From contig JAFMJH010000006.1 of the NCBI GenBank assembly GCA_017853555.1, positions 41,585 to 105,584 on the forward strand: a stretch of 64,000 bases of DNA, given 5' to 3'. The translations under genes and the position numbers were made by a program. Positions 43,778-52,782 of the stretch are shown one piece after another. Under the pieces are notes generated by a model. That model searched no databases and had not been told where the DNA came from. It worked only from the letters and a program-made list of their open reading frames with translations. How positions within the stretch are numbered: position 1 is the stretch's first letter; every line of letters starts with the position of its first letter. The stretch comes from Steroidobacteraceae bacterium. GTDB lineage: Bacteria; Pseudomonadota; Gammaproteobacteria; Steroidobacterales; Steroidobacteraceae.

Positions 43778-45258
43778 GGATTCACCCAATGTTTGAGTTC
43801 GGTGGCGACCTCGCTTGCGAGCAAGCCGCGTTCGCCGCGCGGCGCGAGCGCATCGCCCGCGCAAGCGTGCACGAAAACGCCGAGCCTTGCGGCGAGCCAC
43901 GGATCGCGCAGCTGCGCCTGCAAACCGGCGATCGCGCCGGTGAGCACGTCGCCCATGCCGGGCACCGCCATGCCGGGATTCCCGGCGGCACACCATTGCG
44001 GCACGTCGCCTTCACGGCCGACCAAGGTGCCGGCACCTTTCAACACGACGACACCGCCGTAACGCGCGGTCAAAGCGCGCAACGCGCCGAGGCGATCGTT
44101 CTGCACGCGCAGATTGCCACCGGTGGCGTCGTAACCCAGCAGCTGCGCGGCCTCACCAGGATGTGGCGTGAGTATCCAATCGCGCGGCTCAAGTCGCGGC
44201 ACGTCCGCGAGCCGTCGCAACGCATCGGCATCCACGACCAGCGGCAGCCGGGTGGCGAGCGCCGCTTCGAACATGCGTTCGGACCAGTCATCACGACCGA
44301 GACCGGGGCCGATCGCGAGCACGTCGCAACGCGATGCGAGTTCGTGCAGCGTCGCCGCATCGTCGCTGCCGTAGACCATCAGTTCGGGCCGTGCCGCCAC
44401 GGCAGCCACCGACCCCGGTGCCGTCAACACCGACACCAGGCCCGCACCGACGCGCAACGCCGCCTCGCCTGCAAGGCGCACCGCACCGGACATGCCCGGC
44501 TTGCCGCCGACGATCAGTACGCGACCCGACTGACCTTTGTGTGCATCGCGAACACGCGGCGGCAACGATGCGCTGCGCAATTGATCGTCGATGCGACGCA
44601 ACACGGGTACCGCACTCGCTTCCATGCCGACATCGAGCGCCGCGAGATGCAAACGCCCGACGTGTTCGGGGCCCGCCTGCAACCAGCAACCACTTTTGAC
44701 GCCGATGAACGTGACGGTCGCCGCGGCGCGCACGGCAATGCCCTGCACTTTGCCCGTATCGGCACAAAGACCGGACGGCACATCGAGCGCAAGCACGGGG
44801 CGTGCCGCGACGTTGATCGCACCGATCACCGCCGCGAGCGGCGCACGCACCGCCTCGCGCAAACCGATACCGAGCACGGCATCGACGATCACGTCGCTGC
44901 GGGCGAGCGCGATCGGCGCCGCATCGCCCCACGGCTCGACCTGCAGAGCACCGGCGAGCACGGCGCGATAGGCCAGCGCCGCATCGCCCTGCAATGTCGC
45001 GGGATCCGTGGCCGCGAACACGCGCACCGCAAAACCCGCCGCTTGCAGCAAGATCGCGAGCACGTAGCCATCGCCGCCGTTGTTGCCCGCGCCGCACACG
45101 ACGGCGTACTCGCGTGCCAGAGGCCACTCGGCGCGCGCGACTTGCAAAGCCGCAGCCGCGGCGCGCTGCATCAGCACGTAGCCCGGCGTTCCCGCCGCAA
45201 TCACTGCGGCATCGCGGGCACGCACTTGCGTGGCGGAGTACGAGTCGACCGGCAACAT
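43774..45258 (-). CDS. nnr: Bifunctional NAD(P)H-hydrate epimerase/dehydratase
   Basis: GNNGGDG, DVPSG, HKG, GPGLG, DADAL, TPHPGEA and GMGDVL. Confidence 0.94.
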   Translation of the reverse strand: MLPVDSYSATQVRARDAAVIAAGTPGYVLMQRAAAAALQVARAEWPLAREYAVVCGAGNNGGDGYVLAILLQAAGFAVRVFAATDPATLQGDAALAYRAVLAGALQVEPWGDAAPIALARSDVIVDAVLGIGLREAVRAPLAAVIGAINVAARPVLALDVPSGLCADTGKVQGIAVRAAATVTFIGVKSGCWLQAGPEHVGRLHLAALDVGMEASAVPVLRRIDDQLRSASLPPRVRDAHKGQSGRVLIVGGKPGMSGAVRLAGEAALRVGAGLVSVLTAPGSVAAVAARPELMVYGSDDAATLHELASRCDVLAIGPGLGRDDWSERMFEAALATRLPLVVDADALRRLADVPRLEPRDWILTPHPGEAAQLLGYDATGGNLRVQNDRLGALRALTARYGGVVVLKGAGTLVGREGDVPQWCAAGNPGMAVPGMGDVLTGAIAGLQAQLRDPWLAARLGVFVHACAGDALAPRGERGLLASEVATELKHWVNP

Positions 45259-45264
45259 CGGGCC

Positions 45265-45272
45265 AGTATACT
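45265..45272. promoter_or_regulatory. Palindromic -10 element (AGTATACT) between divergent nnr and queG
   Basis: It reads TATACT on both strands within a 23-bp intergenic gap. Confidence 0.55.
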
Positions 45273-45281
45273 CGTGACCCC

Positions 45282-46367
45282 GTGAGCACCGTGCCCGACT
45301 CAGACTTCAATGCCTTGCGACGCGACCTCGATGCGTACGCGACCGAACTCGGTTTTGCGGGGCTCGGTGTCGCGAACATCGCGCTCGAAGAAGACGAACG
45401 CCATCTGCTCGCGTGGCTCGAAGCGGGCATGCACGGCCAAATGCATTACATGCAGCGCCACGGCGTGCGACGCGCGCGACCCGCGGAACTCAAACCCGGC
45501 ACTTTGCGCGTCATCAGCGTACGCATGGATTACTGGCCGAGCGCGGCCGACGATGCCTGGGAGACGCTCGCCGACGGTCGGCGCGCGTACGTGTCGCGCT
45601 ATGCGCTCGGGCGCGACTATCACAAGCTCATGCGCAACGCGCTGCAAAAACTCGCCGATCGCATCGCCGAGCGCATCGGACCTTTCGGTCACCGCGTGTT
45701 CGTGGATTCGGGGCCGGTGCTCGAAAAAGCGCTCGCCCGCAACGCCGGACTCGGCTGGATCGGCAAACACACCAATCTGATCGCACGCGATGCCGGGTCG
45801 TGGTTTTTTTTGGGCGAGCTGTACACCGACTTGCCCTTGCCGGCCGATGCACCGGCCAGCGGCCACTGCGGCACCTGCTCGGCCTGCATGCCCGCCTGCC
45901 CGACCGGCGCGATCGTCGCCCCGTGGAAGCTCGATGCCCGGCGCTGCATCTCGTACCTGACCATCGAACTCGACGGCGCCATTCCGGTCGAGCTGCGACC
46001 GCTGCTCGGCAATCGCATTTACGGTTGCGACGACTGCCAACTCGTCTGTCCGTGGAACAAGTTCGCAAGAGCCGCCTCGCACCCGACTCTCGCGCAGCTG
46101 CGCAATTCTTTGGATACGGCGACGCTGATCGACTTGTTCGCCTGGAGCGCAGAGGATTTCGATCTGCGCATGCGCGGCTCGGCGATCCGCCGCATCGGCC
46201 ACGAGCGCTGGCTGCGCAACATCGCCGTCGCGCTCGGCAACGGGCCCGCCGACGACGATGCAAAAGCCGCGTTACGAGCGCGCGCGAACGATGAGTCGGC
46301 GCTGGTACGCGAGCACGTCGCGTGGGCGCTGGCGCGGCTTACAGAGCCGCGTGCCGCAGCGGATTGA
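45282..46367 (+). CDS. queG: tRNA epoxyqueuosine(34) reductase QueG
   Basis: SRYALGRDYH, GLGWIGK, CGTCSACMPACPT, CISYLTIE and GCDDCQLVCPWN. Confidence 0.96.
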   Translation: MSTVPDSDFNALRRDLDAYATELGFAGLGVANIALEEDERHLLAWLEAGMHGQMHYMQRHGVRRARPAELKPGTLRVISVRMDYWPSAADDAWETLADGRRAYVSRYALGRDYHKLMRNALQKLADRIAERIGPFGHRVFVDSGPVLEKALARNAGLGWIGKHTNLIARDAGSWFFLGELYTDLPLPADAPASGHCGTCSACMPACPTGAIVAPWKLDARRCISYLTIELDGAIPVELRPLLGNRIYGCDDCQLVCPWNKFARAASHPTLAQLRNSLDTATLIDLFAWSAEDFDLRMRGSAIRRIGHERWLRNIAVALGNGPADDDAKAALRARANDESALVREHVAWALARLTEPRAAAD

Positions 46368-46995
46368 AATACAGCCGGCCGCGCTTCATGCGCTGCACCG
46401 CGCCGATCAACTCCGAAAAATCTAGATCGCTCGCCACCGGATCGAGCGTCGCGGCGTTCACGATCAGCAACGGCGCGGCGTCGTAGTCGTGGAAGAAACG
46501 CGCGTAGGCTTCGTTGAGTTTTTCGAGATACGCACGTTCGATCAGCTTTTCGACCTGTACACCGCGCCGCGCGATGCGCTGCTGCAAGACGTCCACCGGC
46601 GCCTGCAGGTAGATCACGAGATCCGGCTTCGGCGGATCGATCACGAGCCGCGCATAGACTTGTTCGTAGAGCGCGAACTCGGCTTCGTCCAGCGTCACGC
46701 GCGCGAACAAGCGATCTTTCTCGAGCAGATAGTCCGCGACCCGCACGGGCGCAAACATGTCTTCCTGTCGCAGCGCCGCCAACTGCTGCGTGCGTTGAAA
46801 CAAAAAATGCAATTGCGCGGGCAGCGCCGCACCCACCGGGTCACGATAAAAGCGTTCGAGGAACGGATTGCTCTCGGCCTGTTCGAGCACGAGCTCGGCA
46901 CCGAAGTTCTCCGCCAAGCGACGCGCGAGAGTGGTCTTGCCGACTCCGATCGGGCCTTCCACGACGACGAAACGATGCGACGGAACGGTGGACAT
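46339..46995 (-). CDS. Deoxynucleoside kinase family protein
   Basis: VEGPIGVGKTT, NPFLERFY, PDLVIYL and RIARRG; downstream of folK. Confidence 0.9.
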   Translation of the reverse strand: MSTVPSHRFVVVEGPIGVGKTTLARRLAENFGAELVLEQAESNPFLERFYRDPVGAALPAQLHFLFQRTQQLAALRQEDMFAPVRVADYLLEKDRLFARVTLDEAEFALYEQVYARLVIDPPKPDLVIYLQAPVDVLQQRIARRGVQVEKLIERAYLEKLNEAYARFFHDYDAAPLLIVNAATLDPVASDLDFSELIGAVQRMKRGRLYFNPLRHAAL

Positions 46996-47022
46996 TCGAT
47001 GGCGTACTCGTGCAGCGCGGCC

Positions 47023-47538
47023 TTAAGTCAAACGTCGCATTCCGCGGTCGGGCACGCGCGCTGCTAGCTGCCGCACCACGCCCATGCCGGGCAATTGCAG
47101 CTCCGGTGCGACGTCACACAAAGGATACAGAACGAAATCGCGCTCCGGAATCCCGGCGTGCGGGAGCACGAGCTCGCCACCGTGCCGCATCTCCGTGCCG
47201 AACGCCAGCAGATCGAGGTCGATCTCGCGCGGCCCCCAGCGCTCGCGCGCCGGAGTACGACCGAGCGCGCGTTCCACGGCCCGCATGTCCGCAAAGAACG
47301 CATCCAGCGACTGGCGCGTGAGCAGCGCCGCGACCGCGTTGATGAAATCCGGCTGCTCGACCGGACCATAGGGCACGGAGCGATAGAGCGGCGACAACGC
47401 GATCAATCGGGTCGAGGGGAATTCGGACAAGGCGTGGGCCGCGCGCCGCACTTGCTGCGCAGCGTCGCCGATATTGCTGCCGAGCCCCACATAGGCCGGC
47501 CGCCAAAGAACGGACGCGGACGCGGCGGCGCCGCTCAA
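47023..47538 (-). CDS. folK: 2-amino-4-hydroxy-6-hydroxymethyldihydropteridine diphosphokinase
   Basis: YVGLGSN, FINAV, WGPREIDLDLL, LPH and RDFVL. The TTG start overlapping the pcnB stop is assumed. Confidence 0.92.
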   Translation of the reverse strand: MSGAAASASVLWRPAYVGLGSNIGDAAQQVRRAAHALSEFPSTRLIALSPLYRSVPYGPVEQPDFINAVAALLTRQSLDAFFADMRAVERALGRTPARERWGPREIDLDLLAFGTEMRHGGELVLPHAGIPERDFVLYPLCDVAPELQLPGMGVVRQLAARVPDRGMRRLT

Positions 47539-48980
47539 GCGCCGCCCGGGCCGCGCGACCGACGGCCGCCGCGACGCCGTCGCCGACGCCCCCCGCCGTT
47601 GCGACCGCCCGCGCCCTCGCCGCCCGGCTCGCGCGCGAGCGCATCGCTCATGCTGGCACGCTGCTGCGGATCGGACTGCTGCAGACGCTGCCACCAGTCG
47701 ACGATTGCCGGATCGGCCATGTTGAATTCGGCGCGCAGCTGCAACAGATCGAACGCGGCACGAAACCGCGGATGTTCGAGCGTGCGCAGCGCGCGCTTGC
47801 CGCGCGGCGCCTCGAGACGCGGCTGCAAAGCGAACATGTCGCGCACGCCGAGCGAAAACCGCCGCGGAATCGACACGCGACCGTACAGATCGCGCACGGC
47901 CGCCTCGACGGCATCGAGAATGGAGCCGACGTCGCTCCAGCGCTCGCGCGGCATTTTTTCGATCTCGAGCCCGATCGGCCCGTAGAGCAACAACGCGAAC
48001 AGATAGGTCGGCGTGACCGGTCGATCGGCACGCACCCGCTCGTCGGTATTGGCGAGCCCACGCAGCAACAGTCGCTCGGGCGCACTGCCCGGATGACGCC
48101 GCACGAAGGCGCCCACGTTCGGCAGCAACACTTCGAGCAGTCCGCGCGCGCGCAACACTTCGTAACTGCGCACGCCGTGACCGGTGAGAAAGAGCTTCAA
48201 TGTTTCGTCGAACAACCGCGCCGGCGGCACGCCGGCGAGCAAGCCAGACAAAGCGGCGATGGGCTCGGCCGTCGCGGCGTCGATGTCGAAGCCGAGCTTC
48301 GCTTCGAAGCGCGCCGCGCGCAGCATGCGCACCGGATCTTCGCGATAACGCGTCTCGGGATCGCCGATGAGGCGCAAGCGTCGCGCCTGCACATCTTCGA
48401 AGCCGCCGCAGTAATCCCACACCGAAAAATCGGCGATGTTGTAGTAGAGTGAATTCGCGGTGAAATCGCGCCGCCAGACGTCTTCGTCGATGCTGCCGTA
48501 GACGTTGTCGCGCAGGATGCGGCCGTGCTCGTCGACCATGCGATCGATCGGCGCATCGGACTCCAGCGGCTCCTGCGCCTCTTCGAACGCCTCGCCGTCA
48601 TCGTCGATATCCGGCGCAGGCTCGTCACCCGGCGGCGGTGCCGCCGAGGCGCGGAACGTCGCGACTTCGATGATGTCCTGACCAAAGAAAACATGCGCAA
48701 GTCGAAACCGTCTGCCGACCAATCGACAGTTGCGGAACAGGCGCCGCACTTCTTCGGGCAGCGCGTCGGTCGCGACGTCAAAATCCTTCGGCTCGATTCC
48801 GATCATGAGATCGCGCACGCAGCCGCCGACCAGGAACGCCTGATAACCGGCTTCCTTCAATCGGTAGAGTACTCGCAACGCGTCGGGCGAAATGCGTGAA
48901 CGTGAGATCGGGTGGCCATCGCGCGAGATCACCCGGGCGAGCCGGGGTCCCGCCTCCCCTGCGGCAGGTGGCAGGTTCAA
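47535..48980 (-). CDS. pcnB: Poly(A) polymerase I (start codon uncertain)
   Basis: VGGCVRD, KDFDV, PAP-specific LVGRRFRLAHV, RRDFTAN, EDPVRMLRA and an Arg-rich C-terminal tail. Confidence 0.93.
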   Translation of the reverse strand: MNLPPAAGEAGPRLARVISRDGHPISRSRISPDALRVLYRLKEAGYQAFLVGGCVRDLMIGIEPKDFDVATDALPEEVRRLFRNCRLVGRRFRLAHVFFGQDIIEVATFRASAAPPPGDEPAPDIDDDGEAFEEAQEPLESDAPIDRMVDEHGRILRDNVYGSIDEDVWRRDFTANSLYYNIADFSVWDYCGGFEDVQARRLRLIGDPETRYREDPVRMLRAARFEAKLGFDIDAATAEPIAALSGLLAGVPPARLFDETLKLFLTGHGVRSYEVLRARGLLEVLLPNVGAFVRRHPGSAPERLLLRGLANTDERVRADRPVTPTYLFALLLYGPIGLEIEKMPRERWSDVGSILDAVEAAVRDLYGRVSIPRRFSLGVRDMFALQPRLEAPRGKRALRTLEHPRFRAAFDLLQLRAEFNMADPAIVDWWQRLQQSDPQQRASMSDALAREPGGEGAGGRNGGGRRRRRRGGRRSRGPGGA

Positions 48981-48996
48981 TGGAGGCCGGTTCTGC

Positions 48997-49025
48997 TTGA
49001 GCAATCGTGCATGGGGCATATAATA
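48997..49025. promoter_or_regulatory. sigma70 promoter of tRNA-Glu with an overlapping opposite-strand -10 facing pcnB
   Basis: The + strand has TTGAGC (48997-49002), 16 nt, TATAAT (49019-49024) and a GC-rich discriminator. The - strand has TATTAT (49020-49025). Confidence 0.65.
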
Positions 49026-49055
49026 CCGCGCCTTTCGACTGCACACTCGGCCGAC

Positions 49056-49131
49056 GCTCCTTTCGTCTAGAGGCCCAGGACATAGCCCTCTCAAGGCTGT
49101 AACACGGGTTCGAATCCCGTAAGGAGCGCCA
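49056..49131 (+). tRNA. tRNA-Glu(CTC)
   Basis: Acceptor stem GCTCCTT/AAGGAGC, anticodon arm TAGCC-CTCTCAA-GGCTG, T arm ACGGG-TTCGAAT-CCCGT and encoded CCA; 76 nt. Confidence 0.95.
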
Positions 49132-49157
49132 CCCACACCACCCGCGCTGAGGTACTC

Positions 49158-49934
49158 ATGGCCGGGACCCTTCCGAAGCGACTGCAGGCCATCCTCGACA
49201 GCCCGAGCTACCGCCTGGCCGAGGACGATCTCGACTTTCTCGAAAGCGACGGCGCGCGTGCCATCCGCCTCGCGCTCGAATTTCATCGCACCGAGAGCTA
49301 TCTGCAGGCCTACGGCATCGAGAGCACGGTGGTGGTATTCGGCAGCGCGCGCATCCCGACACCCGAACGTGGCGGCGCCGAGCACCCCGACGCGAAGTGG
49401 TACGAGGAAGCCCGCAAGTTCGCCTTCGATCTGAGCAGCGCCGCGACGCACGACCCGGGTTGTCACCGTCTGGTCGTTGCCACCGGTGGCGGCCCCGGCA
49501 TCATGGAAGCGGCGAACCGTGGCGCGAGCGACGCCGGTGCGCCGACGATCGGCTTCAACATCCGGTTGCCGCACGAGCAATTCCCCAATCCCTGGGTGAC
49601 CCCGGGACTCGCCTTCCGCTTCCATTATTTCGCGCTGCGCAAAATGCATTTTTTGCTGCGCGCGCGTGCCTTGGTCGCCTTTCCCGGCGGCTTCGGCACG
49701 CTCGATGAGGTCTACGAGGCCGTCAACCTCGTGCAGACCGGAACCATCGAAGCGATCCCCATCGTGCTCGTCGGTCGCGAATACTGGGCACGCATGTTCG
49801 ATCTCGGTTATCTCGCCGACCACGGCTACGTCGATCACGTCGATGCGCGCTTCGTGCACATCGTCGATGACGGCGCCGCCGCGGCACGCCACGTACTCGG
49901 CGTGTGCGGCTGCGGAAATCCCGCAACACCTTAA
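49158..49934 (+). CDS. LOG family (TIGR00730-like) nucleotide phosphoribohydrolase
   Basis: VFGSAR, TGGGPGIMEAANRG, RKMHF and PGGFGTLDE; SD GAGGT. Confidence 0.9.
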   Translation: MAGTLPKRLQAILDSPSYRLAEDDLDFLESDGARAIRLALEFHRTESYLQAYGIESTVVVFGSARIPTPERGGAEHPDAKWYEEARKFAFDLSSAATHDPGCHRLVVATGGGPGIMEAANRGASDAGAPTIGFNIRLPHEQFPNPWVTPGLAFRFHYFALRKMHFLLRARALVAFPGGFGTLDEVYEAVNLVQTGTIEAIPIVLVGREYWARMFDLGYLADHGYVDHVDARFVHIVDDGAAAARHVLGVCGCGNPATP

Positions 49935-50054
49935 GCATTGCTGCCGATATCCGCGGCCTGCCGTGCGCCCCACACTGCACGGGCGTGGCTCGGAGGCTGC
50001 GTCGCGCGTATTCGCGCGCGGTTCGACACATAACCATTTTTTGAGGTGAACGAC

Positions 50055-50489
50055 GTGAACATCACGAACTGGCAACCCTTTCGCGACATGGACGAGATGA
50101 TCAACCGCATGGTGCCGGCGCTGACGCGTTGGCGCGGCGAATCCAACGGCGATTCGCTCGAGTGGGCACCGATGGCCGACATCAGCGAAACCGACAAAGA
50201 ATTCCTGGTGCGCGCCGAACTCTCGGGCGTCAAGCGCGAGGATGTCAAAGTCACCGTCGAAGACGGCATGCTGACGCTGTCGGGCGAGCGCAAGCGCGAA
50301 CACGAGGACAAGAGCGAGAAGTTTCATCGCCTGGAGCGCTACGTCGGCGGTTTCTCGCGCACGTTTTATCTGCCGGAGTCGGCGGACCTGAACAGCGTGC
50401 ACGCGGAGTCGAAAGACGGCACGCTCACGGTACACATCCCGAAGCTGCCGAGTGCCGCGCCGAAGCGCATCGAGGTGAAGGTGCAGTGA
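50055..50489 (+). CDS. Hsp20/alpha-crystallin small heat-shock protein
   Basis: WAPMADISET, GMLTLSGERK, FSRTFYLP and DGTLTVHIPK. The GTG at 50055 lies 6 nt after GAGGTG. Confidence 0.93.
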   Translation: MNITNWQPFRDMDEMINRMVPALTRWRGESNGDSLEWAPMADISETDKEFLVRAELSGVKREDVKVTVEDGMLTLSGERKREHEDKSEKFHRLERYVGGFSRTFYLPESADLNSVHAESKDGTLTVHIPKLPSAAPKRIEVKVQ

Positions 50490-50504
50490 CCTGCAAAGCA
50501 GGTC
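50488..50504. terminator. Hairpin between converging hsp20 and tRNA-Lys
   Basis: Perfect 7-bp stem GACCTGC-AAA-GCAGGTC, with no U-tract. Confidence 0.3.
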
Positions 50505-50519
50505 GCCGCTGCGGGAAGG

Positions 50520-50595
50520 TGGTGGGTCCTGCGCGATTCGAACGCGCGACCAACTGGTTAAAAGCCAGCTGCTCTACCGGCTGAGCTAAGGACCC
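50520..50595 (-). tRNA. tRNA-Lys(TTT)
   Basis: On the minus strand: acceptor stem GGGTCCT/AGGACCC, anticodon loop CTTTTAA, TTCGAAT T-loop and encoded CCA; 76 nt. Confidence 0.97.
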
Positions 50596-51302
50596 GTCCG
50601 CGAGGGCGCGAATTCTACACAATAGTGCGTCGGATCGGGTGTTCCGGCTGCGACGAAACCTTCGCGGCGCAACCGGCACGAATCGCAGTGCCCGCAGGCG
50701 CGCCCCTGCGGATCCGCGCGGTAACAGGAGACCGTCAGGCCGAAATCGACGCCCAATTGCACCCCGGTGCGGATGATTTCGGCCTTCGACCAGTACTGGA
50801 GCGGCGCACGGATGGCGATCGGCGCCCCGTGCACCCCCACTTTGGTTCCGAGCCGCGCAACCTCGGCGAATGCGGCGATGAACTCCGGCCGGCAGTCCGG
50901 ATAGCCCGAATAATCGACGGCGTTCACCCCGACGTACACGGCCTGCGCGCCGCGCACCTCGGCATAACCGAGCGCGAGCGACAACATCAGCGTGTTGCGC
51001 GCCGGCACGTAGGTGACGGGAATGCCCTCGCTCGGCGCATTCGGCACGTCCACACCCAAGTCCGTGAGCGCCGAGCCGCCAAGCCCCGCGAGGTCGACGC
51101 CCATGATCTTGTGCTCGACGGCACCGAGCGCACGGGCGACCCGTGCCGCGGCATCGAGTTCGGCGACGTGGCGCTGACCGTAGTGCACCGAGAGCGCATA
51201 GCAGTCATGGCCCTCATCGCGTGCGATCGCGAGCGTCGTTGCCGAATCGAGTCCGCCCGAAAGCAGCACGACGGCGCGCGGCTTGTCTGCCGAGATACTC
51301 AT
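50586..51302 (-). CDS. queC: 7-cyano-7-deazaguanine synthase QueC
   Basis: LSGGLDS, YGQRH, TYVPARN, GYPDCR and CGHCDSC. Confidence 0.96.
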   Translation of the reverse strand: MSISADKPRAVVLLSGGLDSATTLAIARDEGHDCYALSVHYGQRHVAELDAAARVARALGAVEHKIMGVDLAGLGGSALTDLGVDVPNAPSEGIPVTYVPARNTLMLSLALGYAEVRGAQAVYVGVNAVDYSGYPDCRPEFIAAFAEVARLGTKVGVHGAPIAIRAPLQYWSKAEIIRTGVQLGVDFGLTVSCYRADPQGRACGHCDSCRLRREGFVAAGTPDPTHYCVEFAPSRTGP

Positions 51303-51955
51303 CGCCCTGGTACGTCGCCCCAAAGATATTTGTGCAGCTGGATCTGGAAACGCACCGGCAAGCGATCCTCGAGGATCCAATCGGCGAGCGTACCGGGCGG
51401 CAAGACGCCGTGACTCGGTGAAAACAGGACCGTGCAGCGCGCATCGAGCCGGCGCTGCAAGAGCTGCTCGCGACTCCATTCGTAGTCGGCACGGTCGGCG
51501 ATGACGAACTTGATTTGATCCTTCGCCGCCAACGATTCGAGTTCGGCGTAGAGATTGCGCTGCTGCTCGCCCGAGGCCGGTGTTTTGACATCGACCACGC
51601 GCACCACGCGCGGATCGACGCTCGCATGCGCGATCGCCCCGCTCGTCTCGAGCGAGACGCGATACCCCGCATCGCACAAGGCCGCAAGCAGAGCGTGCAC
51701 GCCCGGTTGCGCCAACGGCTCGCCGCCGGTGACGCAGACGTACGAGGCTTCGAGCTCACGCACGCGCGCCAGAATTTGCGGCAATTCCCAGTTCGTGCCA
51801 CCGCTGAAGGCATAAGCCGTGTCGCAATAGACGCAACGCAGCGGACAACCGGTCAAGCGTACGAATACGGTCGGTACGCCGACCGAGTCCGCCTCACCCT
51901 GCAGGGAGCGGAAAATCTCGGTGAGACGCAGGCGCGTGGCTGCGGGCTCGGACAC
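51299..51955 (-). CDS. queE: 7-carboxy-7-deazaguanine synthase QueE (radical SAM)
   Basis: [25 protein letters not shown] and QLHKY. Confidence 0.96.
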   Translation of the reverse strand: MSEPAATRLRLTEIFRSLQGEADSVGVPTVFVRLTGCPLRCVYCDTAYAFSGGTNWELPQILARVRELEASYVCVTGGEPLAQPGVHALLAALCDAGYRVSLETSGAIAHASVDPRVVRVVDVKTPASGEQQRNLYAELESLAAKDQIKFVIADRADYEWSREQLLQRRLDARCTVLFSPSHGVLPPGTLADWILEDRLPVRFQIQLHKYLWGDVPGR

Positions 51956-51964
51956 GGGACGCGC

Positions 51965-52780
51965 TCAGCGCAAGCGCTGCAACTGCTCGCGCGCGAGTCG
52001 CGCGGCGTCGCTCGCCGGATAGCGCGTGACGAGCTCGTTGAACGTGCGACGCGCGGCCTCGGTGCGTTTGAGTTCCACCTCGCACAAACCGCGCTTGAGC
52101 GCGGCGTCCGGCGCCTTGGCCGAATCGGGTGAACGCGAACCCACCGACGCGAAGGCGTCGATCGCCTGCGCGTAGTCGCGCGTCAAATAATAGGTTTGCC
52201 CCAACCAATAATAGGCGTTGTCTGCGAGCGGATGCTCGGGGTGGCGCGCAATGAAATCACGCATCCCGGCGATGGCGGCCGGATAGTCGCTCGCCTTCAA
52301 GGCATCGAAGGCGCGGCCGTAGTGCTGCTCGGGCGTGAGCGCCACGGGCTCGGGCGGCGCTTCCGGTTTGACGGACGCCGCCGGTGCGGGTGCCTCGACC
52401 GAGGCCACCGGCGACGGGGCCGGGGCCGGGGCCGGGACCGGAGCCTGCGACGCGACATGCGCCGCCGACGGCGACGACGCGGTCGAAACCGCCCCGAGCC
52501 GTCGATCGAAATCGGCCAAGGCGTCGCCCTGCTGTTTGCGCAGCTGTGCGTTTTCGTTCTGCAGAACTTCGAGCTCGCCGCGCAGACCGCGCAATTCGGC
52601 GGTGAGCGCTTCGACGCGTTGCGACAACTCGACCAGCGCCTGACTTTGCAGCGTCTGCTCGAGTTGATCGATGCGGGTCGACAAATCGTCCAGGCGCTGT
52701 TTGGTCGACTGCGCGAACGCCGGCGCCGCCAGCAGCGCGCAGGCCACCAACCAGCCGCACGAACGACGCATCGACCTCAC
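51965..52780 (-). CDS. cpoB: Tol-Pal associated protein CpoB (YbgF)
   Basis: Signal peptide, coiled coil, Pro/Ala linker and TPR (NAYYWLG, KAPDA); downstream of pal. Confidence 0.9.
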   Translation of the reverse strand: MRSMRRSCGWLVACALLAAPAFAQSTKQRLDDLSTRIDQLEQTLQSQALVELSQRVEALTAELRGLRGELEVLQNENAQLRKQQGDALADFDRRLGAVSTASSPSAAHVASQAPVPAPAPAPSPVASVEAPAPAASVKPEAPPEPVALTPEQHYGRAFDALKASDYPAAIAGMRDFIARHPEHPLADNAYYWLGQTYYLTRDYAQAIDAFASVGSRSPDSAKAPDAALKRGLCEVELKRTEAARRTFNELVTRYPASDAARLAREQLQRLR

Positions 52781-52782
52781 CG

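Noticed and set aside
49132..49140. CCCACACCA after tRNA-Glu as an att-site remnant
   Set aside because: It is too short and degenerate, and there is no integrase or matching second copy.
49935..50054. sigma32 promoter or ROSE thermometer before hsp20
   Set aside because: A CCCCAC is present but has no CTTGAA at suitable spacing, and no U(U/C)GCU pairs with the SD.
47535..50435. 966-aa ORF extending pcnB upstream
   Set aside because: The extension runs antisense through hsp20, LOG and tRNA-Glu. Only the part from about 48980 resembles poly(A) polymerase.
50586..51955. queC/queE as part of a dpd-type 7-deazaguanine DNA-modification defence island
   Set aside because: They are in the standard tol-pal-cpoB-queE-queC-tRNA-Lys housekeeping context, with no dpdA/tgt paralog or helicase genes nearby.
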